A DNA stretch of 64,000 nucleotides, from the NCBI GenBank assembly GCA_025055075.1, contig JANWYV010000045.1:22423-86422 (forward strand), read 5' to 3'. The position numbers and the translations under genes are program-made. The DNA comes from Blastocatellia bacterium. GTDB lineage: Bacteria > Acidobacteriota > Blastocatellia > HR10. This document shows, one piece after another, positions 39,200 through 51,969 of this stretch. The notes below the pieces were generated by a model that had not been told where the DNA came from, did not search any database, and was given only the letters and a program-made list of their open reading frames with translations. Numbering within the stretch: position 1 is the stretch's first letter; the number at the start of each line of letters is the position of its first letter.

Positions 39200-39214
39200 T
39201 GAGCGCGCTTTCGG

Positions 39215-39892
39215 TCACAACTCGGCGATGCCCTTGACGATGAGAGCCAGCGTCAATTCTCCCCCGGCCGTCGTCTTCACGGGTGCGACAAGTAGCGTAT
39301 ATCGAGAGGCCAATTCCACGACGGTCGGAACTGTTTTATACCCCTCCGCCGAGCGGAGACTGAGCCCGGCCGGATGATTCGTTCCGGCCGCCTTGGCGCT
39401 CAACTTCATCAACTCCTCGAACGAGTATCGAGCCGTTGCATCTTGATCCAGATCGGCTGGAACGAGCAAGAGGAAATCGCGATTGGGAGCGATGCCCATG
39501 TGATTACCGTCTGCCGGATACAATGCATACCGCAGCGTATAGGCACCCGGCTTGATCGCTTGCCCTCGATAGTCCGTCGTCGGGTGCGGGAACACGATCA
39601 CGCCGACGAAGGTGGATTCTTCCATCCCTACGTAGACGACATCGGGATCCGCCGTTTTCCCGGCCTGGATCGGAACGGCCGCGCGGAACCAGATTTCGCA
39701 TACGACGCGTCCATCCGCTTGGAGAACACGATACCCCTTCGGCTCCAGGACCTTTCGGATGGACTCCGGAACGGACGGCGCCGTCAGTGGACCGATGGCC
39801 TCCACCCGTCCCTCTTGAGCGAAAGTCGGGCCGACGAGGCTCAAGACGAAGCTCAATATGAAGATGAGAGCTCTTGCATGAGACCGTCGCAT
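39215..39892 (-). CDS. Secreted hypothetical protein
   Basis: 225 aa. The signal peptide is LIFILSFVLSLVGPTFAQE. No family was recognised. Confidence 0.5.
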   Translation of the reverse strand: MRRSHARALIFILSFVLSLVGPTFAQEGRVEAIGPLTAPSVPESIRKVLEPKGYRVLQADGRVVCEIWFRAAVPIQAGKTADPDVVYVGMEESTFVGVIVFPHPTTDYRGQAIKPGAYTLRYALYPADGNHMGIAPNRDFLLLVPADLDQDATARYSFEELMKLSAKAAGTNHPAGLSLRSAEGYKTVPTVVELASRYTLLVAPVKTTAGGELTLALIVKGIAEL

Positions 39893-40007
39893 CGTTTTCC
39901 CCTCTCACAAAAAAGAGCGGGATGATCCCGCACTAAGGAGAAAGAGGCCACCTTCAGAGGCAGTGGCCTCGCCTTTCAGCATTGGTTTCACGAGAGCGCT
40001 TCTGCGC

Positions 40008-40682
40008 TCATCGCGCGAAGTGGCCGACGAAAGCGCTTCGCTTGCCACTGATGGTCCAGGTGACGCCCAAACCATCTCCGCGGAACTGATTGAGGACGGC
40101 GACGGCAGGCATTGCGTGCTGGACTGGAGCGAGCGGTGGATAGAAGATCTCCTCATTGCCGCAGATATGATCCTGCTCATTCAAGGGACGCGTCTCGATC
40201 CGCGCCCACTCGCCCGCTCGCACGATGGCTCGAGCCGCGTGCTCGCCCTCATCCCGAACGTCGAAGCGGATCGGAGCAGCTACGACGCGCACGACGTTCC
40301 CGAGCAGTTCACCCGCCATCGTTTGAGCGAAACGGAGCAAGGCCTCGCGTTGCTCCCGATTCGCCCGCTCGTCCACGACCACGAGGGCCTTCGCCGGATA
40401 GGGTTTCCCTTGTGGGTCTCCCAGCGTCGCGCGCGCTTTGACGATGCCGACGACGCTCAAGCCATCGAGGCGAATCCCCTCCCAGCTCCCTCGCTGAATG
40501 CGCCAGGCGAGGATCGCCTGATCGCCCACAAACCCCGCCTCCGCGTTGGCGAAGCAAGGACCAGTGTAAACATCCGCATTGCGCGCCTCGACATAGTCGC
40601 CGAGGATTTGCTGCGCATGCGCTTGCTCGAAGACGCCCGCAATGGCTGCGAGCACGAACAATACCATGATCAGGCTTCGCAT
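40008..40682 (-). CDS. Exported hypothetical protein
   Basis: The start is trimmed to ATG 40682, which gives the signal peptide MRSLIMVLFVLAAIAGVFEQAHA. The family was not recognised with confidence. Confidence 0.5.
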   Translation of the reverse strand: MRSLIMVLFVLAAIAGVFEQAHAQQILGDYVEARNADVYTGPCFANAEAGFVGDQAILAWRIQRGSWEGIRLDGLSVVGIVKARATLGDPQGKPYPAKALVVVDERANREQREALLRFAQTMAGELLGNVVRVVAAPIRFDVRDEGEHAARAIVRAGEWARIETRPLNEQDHICGNEEIFYPPLAPVQHAMPAVAVLNQFRGDGLGVTWTISGKRSAFVGHFAR

Positions 40683-40770
40683 AAATCGCACCTCCTCCAA
40701 AATCTCGCCCTGCTCCGACGGACGCCTCGCATCCGTCGGGGCCTCCGCGCTCGCCTCATCGAGCAACATC

Positions 40771-41001
40771 TTATCGCACTCGCCCCGTCCCATAACAAGC
40801 CCGCTGCGCCGAGGCACAGGATTCGGGCTCGACCAAGGCCCCATCGGGCCCCAGGCACGTCTGCGTGAACGCGCACCAGAAGAACCCATCATCAGGGGGC
40901 GGCGGCGGAGCGATGGGCGTCTCCGTGTAGAACTGCGTCTTCCACCGCAGGTGCGGGCAAAGCGTCCAGTACACTTCCGAGAATCGTTCCGCGTCGATCA
41001 T
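40771..41001 (-). CDS. Small Cys-rich hypothetical protein coupled to the molybdo-hydroxylase operon
   Basis: 76 aa with 5 Cys and high third-position GC, like its neighbours. The start overlaps the coxM-like stop (ATGA). Confidence 0.4.
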   Translation of the reverse strand: MIDAERFSEVYWTLCPHLRWKTQFYTETPIAPPPPPDDGFFWCAFTQTCLGPDGALVEPESCASAQRACYGTGRVR

Positions 41002-41982
41002 CGTCGCGCTCCTCCTCCGACGGCTTGCTGGATCGCTCGACGCACGGCGACGCGAGCCAGCTGAATCTTGTATTCGTTCTTCCCTAAGCTTCGCGCCTTT
41101 TGTACGGCGGCGTCAGCGGCCGCCTTCGCGACTTCTTCGGTCACGGCCTTTCCCACGAGAGCGCGCTCCGCCTCGGGCGAGGGCCAGGGGATCGGAGCAA
41201 CGTGTCCGAGCACGACGCGCGCTGAGCGCACGCGCTGGCCATCGAGCACCAAAGCCACGGATGCCGCCGCCAACGGCCAATCGAGCGCCTCGTGCTGACG
41301 CACCTCATAGGTCGCGCTCATCATCCCTGCCGGAGGCGGCGGCACGAGGATGTCGGTCACGATCTCATTCGGCTGCAAATCATATTCGCGCTCGGTCTCC
41401 GATTTCGGAATGCGGAAGAACCGCTCGACCGGGACTTCACGTGTCCCCTGCGGGCCGAAGATGCGAAGGCGCGCCCCATAGGCGATGAGTGCCGGGGCCA
41501 AACTCGAGGGATTAACGAAGTAAGCCGGCCCCTCATTGCCCAGGATTGCATGGTACCGATTGTCCCCCTCCAGCACGAGCGAGCGTCCCGTCTCATCGCG
41601 AGCCAAGAGGCCGAAGCCCGAGCGGAAGTACCAACAGCGCGGCCGCTGACAGAGATCCCCGCCGACGGTCCCCATGTTTCGAATCTGTGGACTGGTGATG
41701 CCACGGACGGCCTGCGCGAGCGCCGGATAGACGCGCGCGATCTCAGGATGATCGAGCAACTCCTGAAGAGTGACCGTCGCGCCCAAACGCAACCCCGTCC
41801 GCGGTGAGAAGCTGATCCCTCGCAGTTCGGCAATCTCCTTGATGTTGACCAAGCGTCGCGGCCGCACGATGTCATCTTTCATGAGCGCGAGCAGGTCAGT
41901 ACCGCCAGCGAGGATTTCCGTCTCTCCCCACGTGCGGGAGAGCAGCGCGACGGCTTGCTCCTTCGTCGTCGGACTCACGTAC

Positions 41983-41996
<14 letters not shown>
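40998..41996 (-). CDS. Molybdo-hydroxylase FAD-binding subunit (CoxM/XdhB-like)
   Basis: The FAD motif is ILAGGTDLLALMK. The length is 332 aa. Confidence 0.8.
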
Positions 41997-44151
<2,155 letters not shown>

Positions 44152-44154
44152 AGC

Positions 44155-44769
44155 TCATCCTCCTCTCTGCATTCGCGCGGCCTGTGCGATGGCCGCTCGG
44201 ATCCCCACATAGGTCCCGCAGCGACAGAGGTTCCCGCCCAATCCAGCCACCAGGTCCTCCGGCGTGGGATTGGGGATCCGATCCAGAAGCGCCTTGCAAG
44301 CGACGACGAATCCCGGCGTGCAGAATCCGCATTGCAAGGCATCGTTCTCGACGAACGCTTGCTGAATGGGATGCAGCTTCCCGTCCTGCATGAGGCCTTC
44401 GACGGTCGTGATCGCTCTCCCCTGCGCTTCGATTGCGAGCACGGAACAGGCGTAGACGGGCTTGCCGTCCAAAAGCACTGTGCACGCGCCACACGTCCCG
44501 CGATCGCACACCCGCTTGGCGCCAGTCAGATCGAATTCATTCCGAAGCGCATCGAGCAAGGTCACGCGCGGCTCTAGTTCCGCCCGATACGTCTTCCCAT
44601 TGATGGTGAACGTCATCGGGACCTTCCCGGGACCGAAGACCTTCACCTCCGCCCCGGCGACCTTGAGCACGCGCGGCCCGACCACCAGAGGGACCGTGAG
44701 CGTGATCCCCGAGACTTTCAGAAAATCACGCCGTGAAAGGCTTCCCGGTTTCGATGGCTGTTTCTCCAT
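44155..44769 (-). CDS. Molybdo-hydroxylase [2Fe-2S] small subunit with twin-arginine (TAT) signal
   Basis: The start is ATG 44769. The TAT motif is SRRDFLKVSGITL. Two [2Fe-2S] clusters are marked by CDRGTCGACTV and CGFCTPG...CRCGTY. Confidence 0.85.
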   Translation of the reverse strand: MEKQPSKPGSLSRRDFLKVSGITLTVPLVVGPRVLKVAGAEVKVFGPGKVPMTFTINGKTYRAELEPRVTLLDALRNEFDLTGAKRVCDRGTCGACTVLLDGKPVYACSVLAIEAQGRAITTVEGLMQDGKLHPIQQAFVENDALQCGFCTPGFVVACKALLDRIPNPTPEDLVAGLGGNLCRCGTYVGIRAAIAQAARMQRGG

Positions 44770-44805
44770 AAGACCATTCCTCCTCACCCTCTCAATGCCG
44801 TGCTC

Positions 44806-45291
44806 TCACGGAGCGATGATCGGAGTCTCCTCGCGCACCAGCTCTTTCTGGCAACACGGGCAGACCCCAGGCACCGAGGATTTGATCTGACAAACGTCGC
44901 AGGTATAGGCGATGTCATACAGTCGCCCACCTCGAACGAGACGAATGCGGATGCTCTCCAAGCGATCGTCGCCATGCCGAAGGGCCAGGATTTGAAGGTC
45001 CTCGGCCCGAAGGTGTGAATCCGCAAAAAGTGCAATGGCCGGGTCCGCTGGGCCGAAGAAATACACTCGCCCTTCGACCGTGCGAATCCCGATGCGTTCG
45101 GGTGAACACGAATCCTCACGCTCGCCCGCAGACTCGGCACAGACCAAACGCCCGCGCACGAGCACCGATAAGGGATCGTGCGAAGAGGAGAGGGCCGATT
45201 CACCGCTCACCGTCAACAGGAGCAACAGGCTCACCTCGACGCTTCGCTTCCGAATATATGCGCTCACCCCTTTCCCCTCCTCCTTCGGCAT
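44806..45291 (-). CDS. Hypothetical protein with C-terminal Cys-pair zinc-ribbon (heavy-metal-binding-domain-like) motif
   Basis: The start is ATG 45291. The N-terminus is hydrophobic (VSLLLLLTVSGESA). The C-terminus carries YTCDVCQ...PGVCPCCQKEL. This resembles the Y-x-C-P-M-H / G-x-C-P-x-C-G pattern of HMBD zinc ribbons. The call is tentative. Confidence 0.4.
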   Translation of the reverse strand: MPKEEGKGVSAYIRKRSVEVSLLLLLTVSGESALSSSHDPLSVLVRGRLVCAESAGEREDSCSPERIGIRTVEGRVYFFGPADPAIALFADSHLRAEDLQILALRHGDDRLESIRIRLVRGGRLYDIAYTCDVCQIKSSVPGVCPCCQKELVREETPIIAP

Positions 45292-45352
45292 GGGCGAGCC
45301 CAATCTTACTGAAAGAGCGCTGAAGCTGTCAACACGCTATCGCACCCCTTCC

Positions 45353-46486
45353 TCAGGGAGCATGGGCGTCCGAGCGGAAATCCTCGAGCGCGAGATACCC
45401 GACGATATAGCCGTCGGCATCGAGCACGGCACTGGCGCCCAGGCCATTGCGACGAAGCAGACGATGCGCCTCCCAAAGCGGCGTCTCCGGATGAACGAAC
45501 ATCGAGGGAGCGACCGGCTGCATGAGGTCTCGAACGGTCGTGCGCGCCCATTGCTCGCGCGGCAACGCGTGAAGAGCAGGGACGAGTAAGATGCCATGCA
45601 ACCGACGATCTCGAGAGACGGGGAACGTTCGGCTCCGATGCTTCGGCAGCACGCGCGCAGCCAATTCCTCAATGGTCATCTCCGGCGGCAGCAGTGCCGG
45701 CGGATCCCGCATGACATCCGCGACGCGGATCCGCCTCATCTGATCCACCTGCTTGAGGGAAAGGCGACTATTTTCGGCCACATCGCGGAGGAAGATCCCG
45801 ACCAAGATGGACCATGCTCCCGCGAAGATGTCCGCGCTCGTGCGCGCGCGCAGCACCCAGAAGATGCCCAAGCCAACAAGGAGATACGCGATCCCCTGCC
45901 CCACGCCGATAGCCCAGCGGCTCGCTCGCCAGTAATCCCCCCAACGCGCCCACAACCATGCTCGAAAGACGCGTCCACCATCCAGGGGAAACCCCGGCAG
46001 CAGGTTGAAGAGCGCCAGGATCAGATTCGAGAGGGCGAGATAGTTCGTGATGAGCGCCGCCGGTCGCGAGTCGAAGACGTGCACGCTCAATTGATTCAGC
46101 AGGAAGAACACCACAGCATAAAGGAAACTCGCGCTCGGCCCCGCGACGGCGATCCGAAATTCCGAGCCCGGCGTATGCGCCTCATGCTCAAAGCGCGCGA
46201 ATCCCCCAAAGAGGTGGAGCGTGATATCGTAGATGCGTATGCCTTCGGCGCGCGCGACCAATGCGTGTCCGATCTCATGCCCCAACACCGAGAGAAACAG
46301 CAACAGCGTCGTGACTCCTCCGAGCGTCCAATGGGCGAGCGGATGAAAGTCGGGCAGATGCCGCGGGAGATAGAAGACCGAGACGGCATATATGTGCAAG
46401 AAGACGACGGGGATCCATCCGTAGCTCACCCGAATGGGGATGCGAAAGAGCGTCGCCAGTTGAATCGGTCGGAGTCGCACGGCCAC
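45353..46486 (-). CDS. Site-2 protease (M50) family metalloprotease with C-terminal CBS pair
   Basis: HExxH lies in a TM helix (LGHEIGHAL). There are multiple TM helices and a C-terminal CBS pair. Confidence 0.8.
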   Translation of the reverse strand: MAVRLRPIQLATLFRIPIRVSYGWIPVVFLHIYAVSVFYLPRHLPDFHPLAHWTLGGVTTLLLFLSVLGHEIGHALVARAEGIRIYDITLHLFGGFARFEHEAHTPGSEFRIAVAGPSASFLYAVVFFLLNQLSVHVFDSRPAALITNYLALSNLILALFNLLPGFPLDGGRVFRAWLWARWGDYWRASRWAIGVGQGIAYLLVGLGIFWVLRARTSADIFAGAWSILVGIFLRDVAENSRLSLKQVDQMRRIRVADVMRDPPALLPPEMTIEELAARVLPKHRSRTFPVSRDRRLHGILLVPALHALPREQWARTTVRDLMQPVAPSMFVHPETPLWEAHRLLRRNGLGASAVLDADGYIVGYLALEDFRSDAHAP

Positions 46487-46518
46487 TTCCCGTCCTTAGT
46501 GAAGCGACGAATCCTTCC

Positions 46519-47043
46519 TCATGAAGGAGGGGGCGACCGATGGGCGGGCGAAGTTGCGGAGCCGTCGGATGACGCTGCCGGATGGAGTCCCAATCGGTAG
46601 AGCGCGTGCGCCGTCGGATACCCGGTCACCTCGATGCCCTCCGCTTGCTGAAACCGCTTCATCGCCTCCACGGTCCGCGCGTCGTAGACGCCCGTCGGTG
46701 GGCCTTCTAAGAATCCCCGCTCGATGAGGGCCAATTGGATCTCGCGCACGCGCTCGCGCGGGATCAACTTTCCAGGACGCAAGACGAGGCGACGCACTGT
46801 TCGTCGGCGCGCGGAGGCGCGAGCGCGTTGCCTGGTGAGACGTCGGTTCCGCGCTGAAGCCGAGCGCGAGCGCACAGCCGACGTTCGCGAGCCTTGTGCC
46901 TTTGAGCGAGCCGCCGACGTTGCCGAGGGCGCATTCTGTCGGCTTTGAGCGAGCGTTTCTTCTCCCTGGCGCCATTCCCCCATCGGGATCGCTAGAAGAA
47001 GCAACAGCAGGCTGCTCACTGCGAATCGAGCCGTGGGTTTCAC
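46519..47043 (-). CDS. Exported peptidoglycan-binding-domain protein
   Basis: It has a signal peptide, an Arg/Ser-rich linker and a C-terminal PG_binding_1-like motif (IQLALIERGFLEGPPTGVYDARTVEAMKRFQQAEGIEVTGYP). Confidence 0.6.
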   Translation of the reverse strand: MKPTARFAVSSLLLLLLAIPMGEWRQGEETLAQSRQNAPSATSAARSKAQGSRTSAVRSRSASARNRRLTRQRARASARRRTVRRLVLRPGKLIPRERVREIQLALIERGFLEGPPTGVYDARTVEAMKRFQQAEGIEVTGYPTAHALYRLGLHPAASSDGSATSPAHRSPPPS

Positions 47044-47054
47044 CTACCCTCCTC

Positions 47055-48611
47055 CTACGGGATCGTCCCCGAGAGCACCGAACGATTTGGGCCAAGCCCC
47101 CGATGGGCGCGCGCGACGATCATCACCACATCGTCGCCCGATTTCAACCCCTCGAAGACTCGCTTGACGTCCTCCGGACCTCGAACTTCCACGCGATTGA
47201 TGGAGAGGATCACATCGCCCGGCATGAGGCCGAGGGTCTCAGCGAAGCTCTCCTCCTCGATCTCACCGACGACGGCCCCGCGAACGGCCCCGAGCTTGAG
47301 AACCTCGGCCACATGCGGCGTCACCGGCTCTAATGTCGCCCCCAAGCGCGGCGGTCCGGATGACTTCTTCTCCTCCGGTGGCTGAGCGTTCTTATCGCGC
47401 GGCTCTTCTCGCAATGGCTCCTCACGACGATCCGCAAGCGACGGACGAACGCCGAGCTTGACGCTGGTGACATGCTCGCGCCCATTGCGGATGTACTTCA
47501 ACCGCACCGTACGTCCGACGTCCATCGAAGCCACGCGCCGCGTGAGATCGCGACTATCCCGAACGGGCTCACCATCAATCTCCACGATGATGTCGCCCGT
47601 CTGCAAGCCAGCATGCGCGGCCGGACTCTCCGGATCGGTCACGCTTTCGACGAGTGCGCCCTGTGGTTCTTTCAAGCCATTCAGACGCGCGATCTGCGGC
47701 GATACCGGCTTCACATAGACGCCCAAATACCCCCGCGCGACGCGGCCGCGCTGGACCAATTGATTATAGACCTCGACGGCCAAGGCCGATGGGAGCGCGA
47801 ATCCCACCCCGTTGAAATATCCGGTGCTGGTCGAAATCTGCGTGTTGATGCCGATGACCTCCCCCCTCAAATTGACGAGCGGCCCGCCGGAATTCCCAGG
47901 ATTGATCGCCGCATCCGTTTGCAGGAAGCGTTGGAACGGGGCGTTCTCCCCATCGGTGATGCGATCCTTCGCACTGATGATTCCCGCTGTGACCGTCTGC
48001 TCCAACCCGAATGGACTGCCGATGGCCAGCACCCAATCGCCGACGCGCAACTTGTTCGAATCGCCCATGCGCGCATAGGGGAAGGGCTCGCTCCGCGAGA
48101 TCTTGATCACGGCCAGATCCGTCTCCGGATCCACGCCGATCACCTCCGGCGTATAGGTCTTGCCCTCGAAGGTCTTGACCCGAATTGTCGAAGCGCCGCG
48201 AATGACGTGGTAATTAGTGAGGATATACCCCTCTGGGTCCACGATCACCCCCGATCCCGTCCCGCGACGTGGCCGTCCGCGCGGCCCGAAGAAGAAATCG
48301 AAGGGATCCTCCGATCGCCGACTCGCTCGCGCGGCTTCCGTCTCAATATGGACGACAGCCGGCTCGACCTGACGCGCGACTTGCGCGAATGCGTCCGAGA
48401 GGGCGAGCGCCGTCGCCAGTGCTCCCGTCGGCGGGACATGGCTCTCACTCACGTGAAGCGGTCGCGCCGATTGTCGGGCTGAAGTCCCCCCGGAGATCCA
48501 CACTCCGACGCCGATGCCAAGGATCACACTCAGGCTCAAGCCGATGGGCATCGTCCATCGTGGCCACGCCCCCCATCGGGACGAAGGACCGACACCTGAC
48601 ATCTGCTCCAT
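47055..48611 (-). CDS. degP: Periplasmic serine endoprotease DegP/HtrA (two PDZ domains)
   Basis: The start is ATG 48611. Trypsin-like catalytic motifs are TNYHV and GNSGGPL. Two PDZ domains follow. Confidence 0.85.
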   Translation of the reverse strand: MEQMSGVGPSSRWGAWPRWTMPIGLSLSVILGIGVGVWISGGTSARQSARPLHVSESHVPPTGALATALALSDAFAQVARQVEPAVVHIETEAARASRRSEDPFDFFFGPRGRPRRGTGSGVIVDPEGYILTNYHVIRGASTIRVKTFEGKTYTPEVIGVDPETDLAVIKISRSEPFPYARMGDSNKLRVGDWVLAIGSPFGLEQTVTAGIISAKDRITDGENAPFQRFLQTDAAINPGNSGGPLVNLRGEVIGINTQISTSTGYFNGVGFALPSALAVEVYNQLVQRGRVARGYLGVYVKPVSPQIARLNGLKEPQGALVESVTDPESPAAHAGLQTGDIIVEIDGEPVRDSRDLTRRVASMDVGRTVRLKYIRNGREHVTSVKLGVRPSLADRREEPLREEPRDKNAQPPEEKKSSGPPRLGATLEPVTPHVAEVLKLGAVRGAVVGEIEEESFAETLGLMPGDVILSINRVEVRGPEDVKRVFEGLKSGDDVVMIVARAHRGLGPNRSVLSGTIP

Positions 48612-48776
48612 GTTCGCCTCCCTCGCGTTCTGTTCACGCCCCTTCATTATACCAGATGTCCCTCAAGCACGCATCGAAACGCTCGATGAGCGTCGGGGAT
48701 GAGGTTTGACAGTGGCGCGCTTCATCTGGTAGCTTGCCTATTTCGGCGGACGGTGAACGCGGGGCTCTGTAAGAGA

Positions 48777-49754
48777 TTGAGCAAAGGCGGCGCGGTCCTT
48801 CTCCTCGTGTGGGGCCTGTTAACCAGCATTGGCTGTGGTCTGGTCTCGCGCGAGGTGAAGGTGCCCCAATTGGTCGCCCCATTGAGCACAGCGACGCTGG
48901 AGGAGCTGCTCGCGCGCTTGAACGATTTTCAGCAAGTGCGCACGCTCTCGGCGCGCGTCGCGATCCAATTCCAAACCGAAGCGCCCGAATCGGGATTGGG
49001 CCAGCGCTATCGCACGGCTGATGGGCGGTTGATCCTCGCCCGACCGGCCAACGTGCGCTTGCTCATTCAAGCGCCGCTGGTGAAGACGACCATTGCTGAA
49101 TTGGCCTCGGACGGCCATCGGTTCCAACTCCTCGTCTATCCCGAAGATCATCGCCTCTTCGTCGAAGGCTCGAACGATCGGGATTATACGGAGCGCGAGG
49201 AAGCGCTGCAGCGCGATCCGCAGTGGCGCGAAGTCGGATCGTTGCGGCGCGTCCGGCCGCAGCACATCACCGAAGCTCTGCTCTGGGGGCCGGTGGACGA
49301 CGGCGCTTCGAATCGCCTCACGACGCTGGAGGAATTCCGGCAGATCGAGGAAGAGCGCGCGTCCGGTCAGAAGCCGCGCATGGTCATCCGGAGTTACTAC
49401 ATCATCTCGCTCTTGGAACCGATCGGCCCTAACCGGGCGCGCATTCTGAGGAAATTCTGGTTCGACCGCACGCGCGGTCTGCTCCTTGTGCGCCAACAGG
49501 TCTTCGGCGAGGCCGGCGAGATCCGCAGTGAGATTCGCTACGAAGAATTCGCCACCGCTCCGAACTCTCCCTATCTCATCCCCGTCGAGATTCGGATCGC
49601 GCGCCCATACGACCGGTACTCGGTTCGCTTGGGTCTCGATCGCACGAGCTTGGTCATCAACGGCGAGGTCTCCGAAGCGCTCTTTCGCTTGGAGAAACCC
49701 GCCGAGTGGGGGGACGCCGTCCGAACCATCAACCTGGATCGAAAAGGGAACTGA
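48777..49754 (+). CDS. Lipoprotein, possible LolA/LolB-fold (LolB-like) protein
   Basis: A TTG start at 48777 gives the lipoprotein signal MSKGGAVLLLVWGLLTSIGC. The C-terminal F-x-L-x-KP pattern resembles the LolA/LolB fold. The gene sits immediately upstream of lolCD-like genes. The family assignment is tentative. Confidence 0.4.
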   Translation: MSKGGAVLLLVWGLLTSIGCGLVSREVKVPQLVAPLSTATLEELLARLNDFQQVRTLSARVAIQFQTEAPESGLGQRYRTADGRLILARPANVRLLIQAPLVKTTIAELASDGHRFQLLVYPEDHRLFVEGSNDRDYTEREEALQRDPQWREVGSLRRVRPQHITEALLWGPVDDGASNRLTTLEEFRQIEEERASGQKPRMVIRSYYIISLLEPIGPNRARILRKFWFDRTRGLLLVRQQVFGEAGEIRSEIRYEEFATAPNSPYLIPVEIRIARPYDRYSVRLGLDRTSLVINGEVSEALFRLEKPAEWGDAVRTINLDRKGN

Positions 49755-50876
49755 ATGCGGCACAGCTTCGTCTTAGCGAATATCCTGGCGCGCCCGACGC
49801 GGACGATCGCGAGCATGCTGGGGATCGCCTTGGGCGTCGTGCTCATCTTGGTGACCGTCGGATTGGCGCGCGGGATCCTTTATGAGACGGGACAACGGGA
49901 GAAGAACGTCGGCGCGGAGATCATCTTCCAATCGGCCGGGACGCTGGGAGCGAGCATCACGGCGACGCCGCTGGCTCTGCCCATCGCATATACCAAACGC
50001 CTGAAGGAAATCGAGGGCGTGCGCGCCGTCACTCCCGTTGGGCGCTATATCCGTAGCGGGGCGGGGGGGATTGGCTTCGAGATGCTCGAAGGCATCGCGG
50101 ATCAGCCCACTGAAGACTATACGACCTATGCGGCCATCAGCGGCATTCGCATCGTCGAGGGGCGCCCCATGCAGAGTGACGATGAGATCATCGTGGATCG
50201 TCATTACGCGACGACGAAGAAAATCGCTCCAGGGGCGCGCGTGGAACTCCTCAATCACACGTTCACAGTCGCCGGCATCTACGAGCCCGAGAGCGGCGCG
50301 CGGGTGAAGATGCGGCTCTCGAAGATGCAACAGTTGCTCGGCGCTGAGGGGAAATGCTCCTCCATCCTCGTGAAATGCTTCGACCCGAACGAGCAGGAGC
50401 GCGTCGCCGAGCGCATCGAAGCCGCGTTGCCCGGGAATCAAATCATCTTCACGCGCGACATCCCGAGTTATTACGATCGTGGGATCCCTTCCCTCAACGT
50501 CTTCCTCCGCGTCGTCGTGGGCCTGGCGCTCACTGTCAGCGCGCTCGTCATCTTGCTGGCCATGTATACGTCCGTCACCGAGCGCACGCGCGAGATCGGC
50601 ATTTTGAAATCGCTCGGCGCCTCGCGCCGCTTCATCATCGCGGCGATCGAGAAGGAGGCGTTGGCGATCAGCGCCCTAGGCGTCGCCGTTGGATACGTCC
50701 TCTCGTTCCTCACGAAAGCGGGCATCATGCGCTATACCTCGCTCATCGTGCGGTTCGAGTGGTCGTGGCTTCTCGTCGCGACGCTCGTGGGGTTGCTTGC
50801 GGGCGCCCTGGGCGCCCTGTATCCGGCCGTGCGCGCTGCCCGTCAGGATCCCGTCCGAGCGCTCGCGTATGAATGA
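49755..50876 (+). CDS. ABC transporter permease, LolC/E/F (FtsX-MacB) type
   Basis: An N-terminal TM is followed by a periplasmic domain of about 230 aa and three C-terminal TMs. This is LolCE/MacB topology. Confidence 0.75.
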   Translation: MRHSFVLANILARPTRTIASMLGIALGVVLILVTVGLARGILYETGQREKNVGAEIIFQSAGTLGASITATPLALPIAYTKRLKEIEGVRAVTPVGRYIRSGAGGIGFEMLEGIADQPTEDYTTYAAISGIRIVEGRPMQSDDEIIVDRHYATTKKIAPGARVELLNHTFTVAGIYEPESGARVKMRLSKMQQLLGAEGKCSSILVKCFDPNEQERVAERIEAALPGNQIIFTRDIPSYYDRGIPSLNVFLRVVVGLALTVSALVILLAMYTSVTERTREIGILKSLGASRRFIIAAIEKEALAISALGVAVGYVLSFLTKAGIMRYTSLIVRFEWSWLLVATLVGLLAGALGALYPAVRAARQDPVRALAYE

Positions 50877-50889
50877 GGGGGAGACGACG

Positions 50890-51576
50890 ATGTCGGTCAT
50901 TCTGAAGACTGTGGACCTGCACATGATCTACCGCACGGGCAAAGTCGGCGTCCACGCCCTGCGAGGCGTGAACTTGGAAGTCGAGCGGGGGGAGTTCGTC
51001 GCCATCATGGGACCTTCCGGTTGCGGCAAGTCCACGCTCTTGCACATCATCGGTGGATTGCTCACGCCCACGTCCGGCCAGGTCTACGTGGATGGGATCG
51101 AGATCACGAGCCTCTCGGATGCCGAGCGCACCGAACTCCGACGGCGCAAGATCGGCTTCGTCTTCCAACGCTTGAACCTCTTCCCCACCCTCACGGTCGA
51201 GGGGAATTTGCGACTCGCCGAACGCATTTACTACAACGGGACGCGCAACATCGAAGGCGATCCCGAACGCCGTCGTCAAATTCTCCGCCTGCTCGGGCTC
51301 GAAGATAAGCTGAACCATAAGCCGAATGAGCTGAGCGGCGGCGAACAGCAGCGCGTGGCCATCGCGCGCGCCATCATCAATCGCCCCGCCATCATCCTGG
51401 CCGATGAACCGACCGGCAGTCTCGATTCCGAGAATTCGCAGATCGTCCTCCGCATGCTCAAAGAACTCAACGCGCAGTTCGGCCAAACCATCGTGATGAT
51501 CACCCACAATCCCGAAGCCGCCGCCATGGCCAATCGCATCATTCACATGCGCGACGGCAAGATCATCGTGCCGTGA
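50890..51576 (+). CDS. lolD: ABC transporter ATP-binding protein, LolD/MacB type
   Basis: The start is ATG 50890. Walker A is GPSGCGKST. The signature motif is LSGGEQQR. Walker B is ILADEPT. Confidence 0.8.
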   Translation: MSVILKTVDLHMIYRTGKVGVHALRGVNLEVERGEFVAIMGPSGCGKSTLLHIIGGLLTPTSGQVYVDGIEITSLSDAERTELRRRKIGFVFQRLNLFPTLTVEGNLRLAERIYYNGTRNIEGDPERRRQILRLLGLEDKLNHKPNELSGGEQQRVAIARAIINRPAIILADEPTGSLDSENSQIVLRMLKELNAQFGQTIVMITHNPEAAAMANRIIHMRDGKIIVP

Positions 51577-51651
51577 GCCGTTTCCTCTCTTGTCGCCGAG
51601 TGCGCCCTTTCGTACAATTTACTCCTTGCGCGGGTTATCTCTTGCGCGGGG

Positions 51652-51921
51652 ATGAAGATGAAGCTGCTCGCAGTGCTTAAGAGCATCCTGCTTTGGTCCT
51701 ACGAACGCGGGACATGGCAATACGATGTGTTGTGCTTGGTGATCCTCGCCTTCATCTTCCTGACGCCGAGCAGTTGGTTTAATGGCCCGAGCGCTGGTTC
51801 CACCTCCCCCCCCGGGATGGAACGACGCGAGCCTCCCCCGCCTGCGCGAGCGAGCGACCCGACGTCGGAGAGGCGAAAGAACGATGCGAGAATTCCCCCC
51901 GCGCCGGCCATTGACAGGTAG
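51652..51921 (+). CDS. Small hypothetical membrane protein (uncertain)
   Basis: 89 codons. The N-terminus has hydrophobic helices ([11 protein letters not shown]...[12 protein letters not shown]) and the tail is Pro-rich. It lies in a lower-GC patch between lolD-like and lolA-like genes. Confidence 0.3.
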   Translation: MKMKLLAVLKSILLWSYERGTWQYDVLCLVILAFIFLTPSSWFNGPSAGSTSPPGMERREPPPPARASDPTSERRKNDARIPPAPAIDR

Positions 51922-51969
51922 CGTGTCTCTCCCTTACGCTTTGGGGAGTGTCGTATGAGGGGGCCACGG

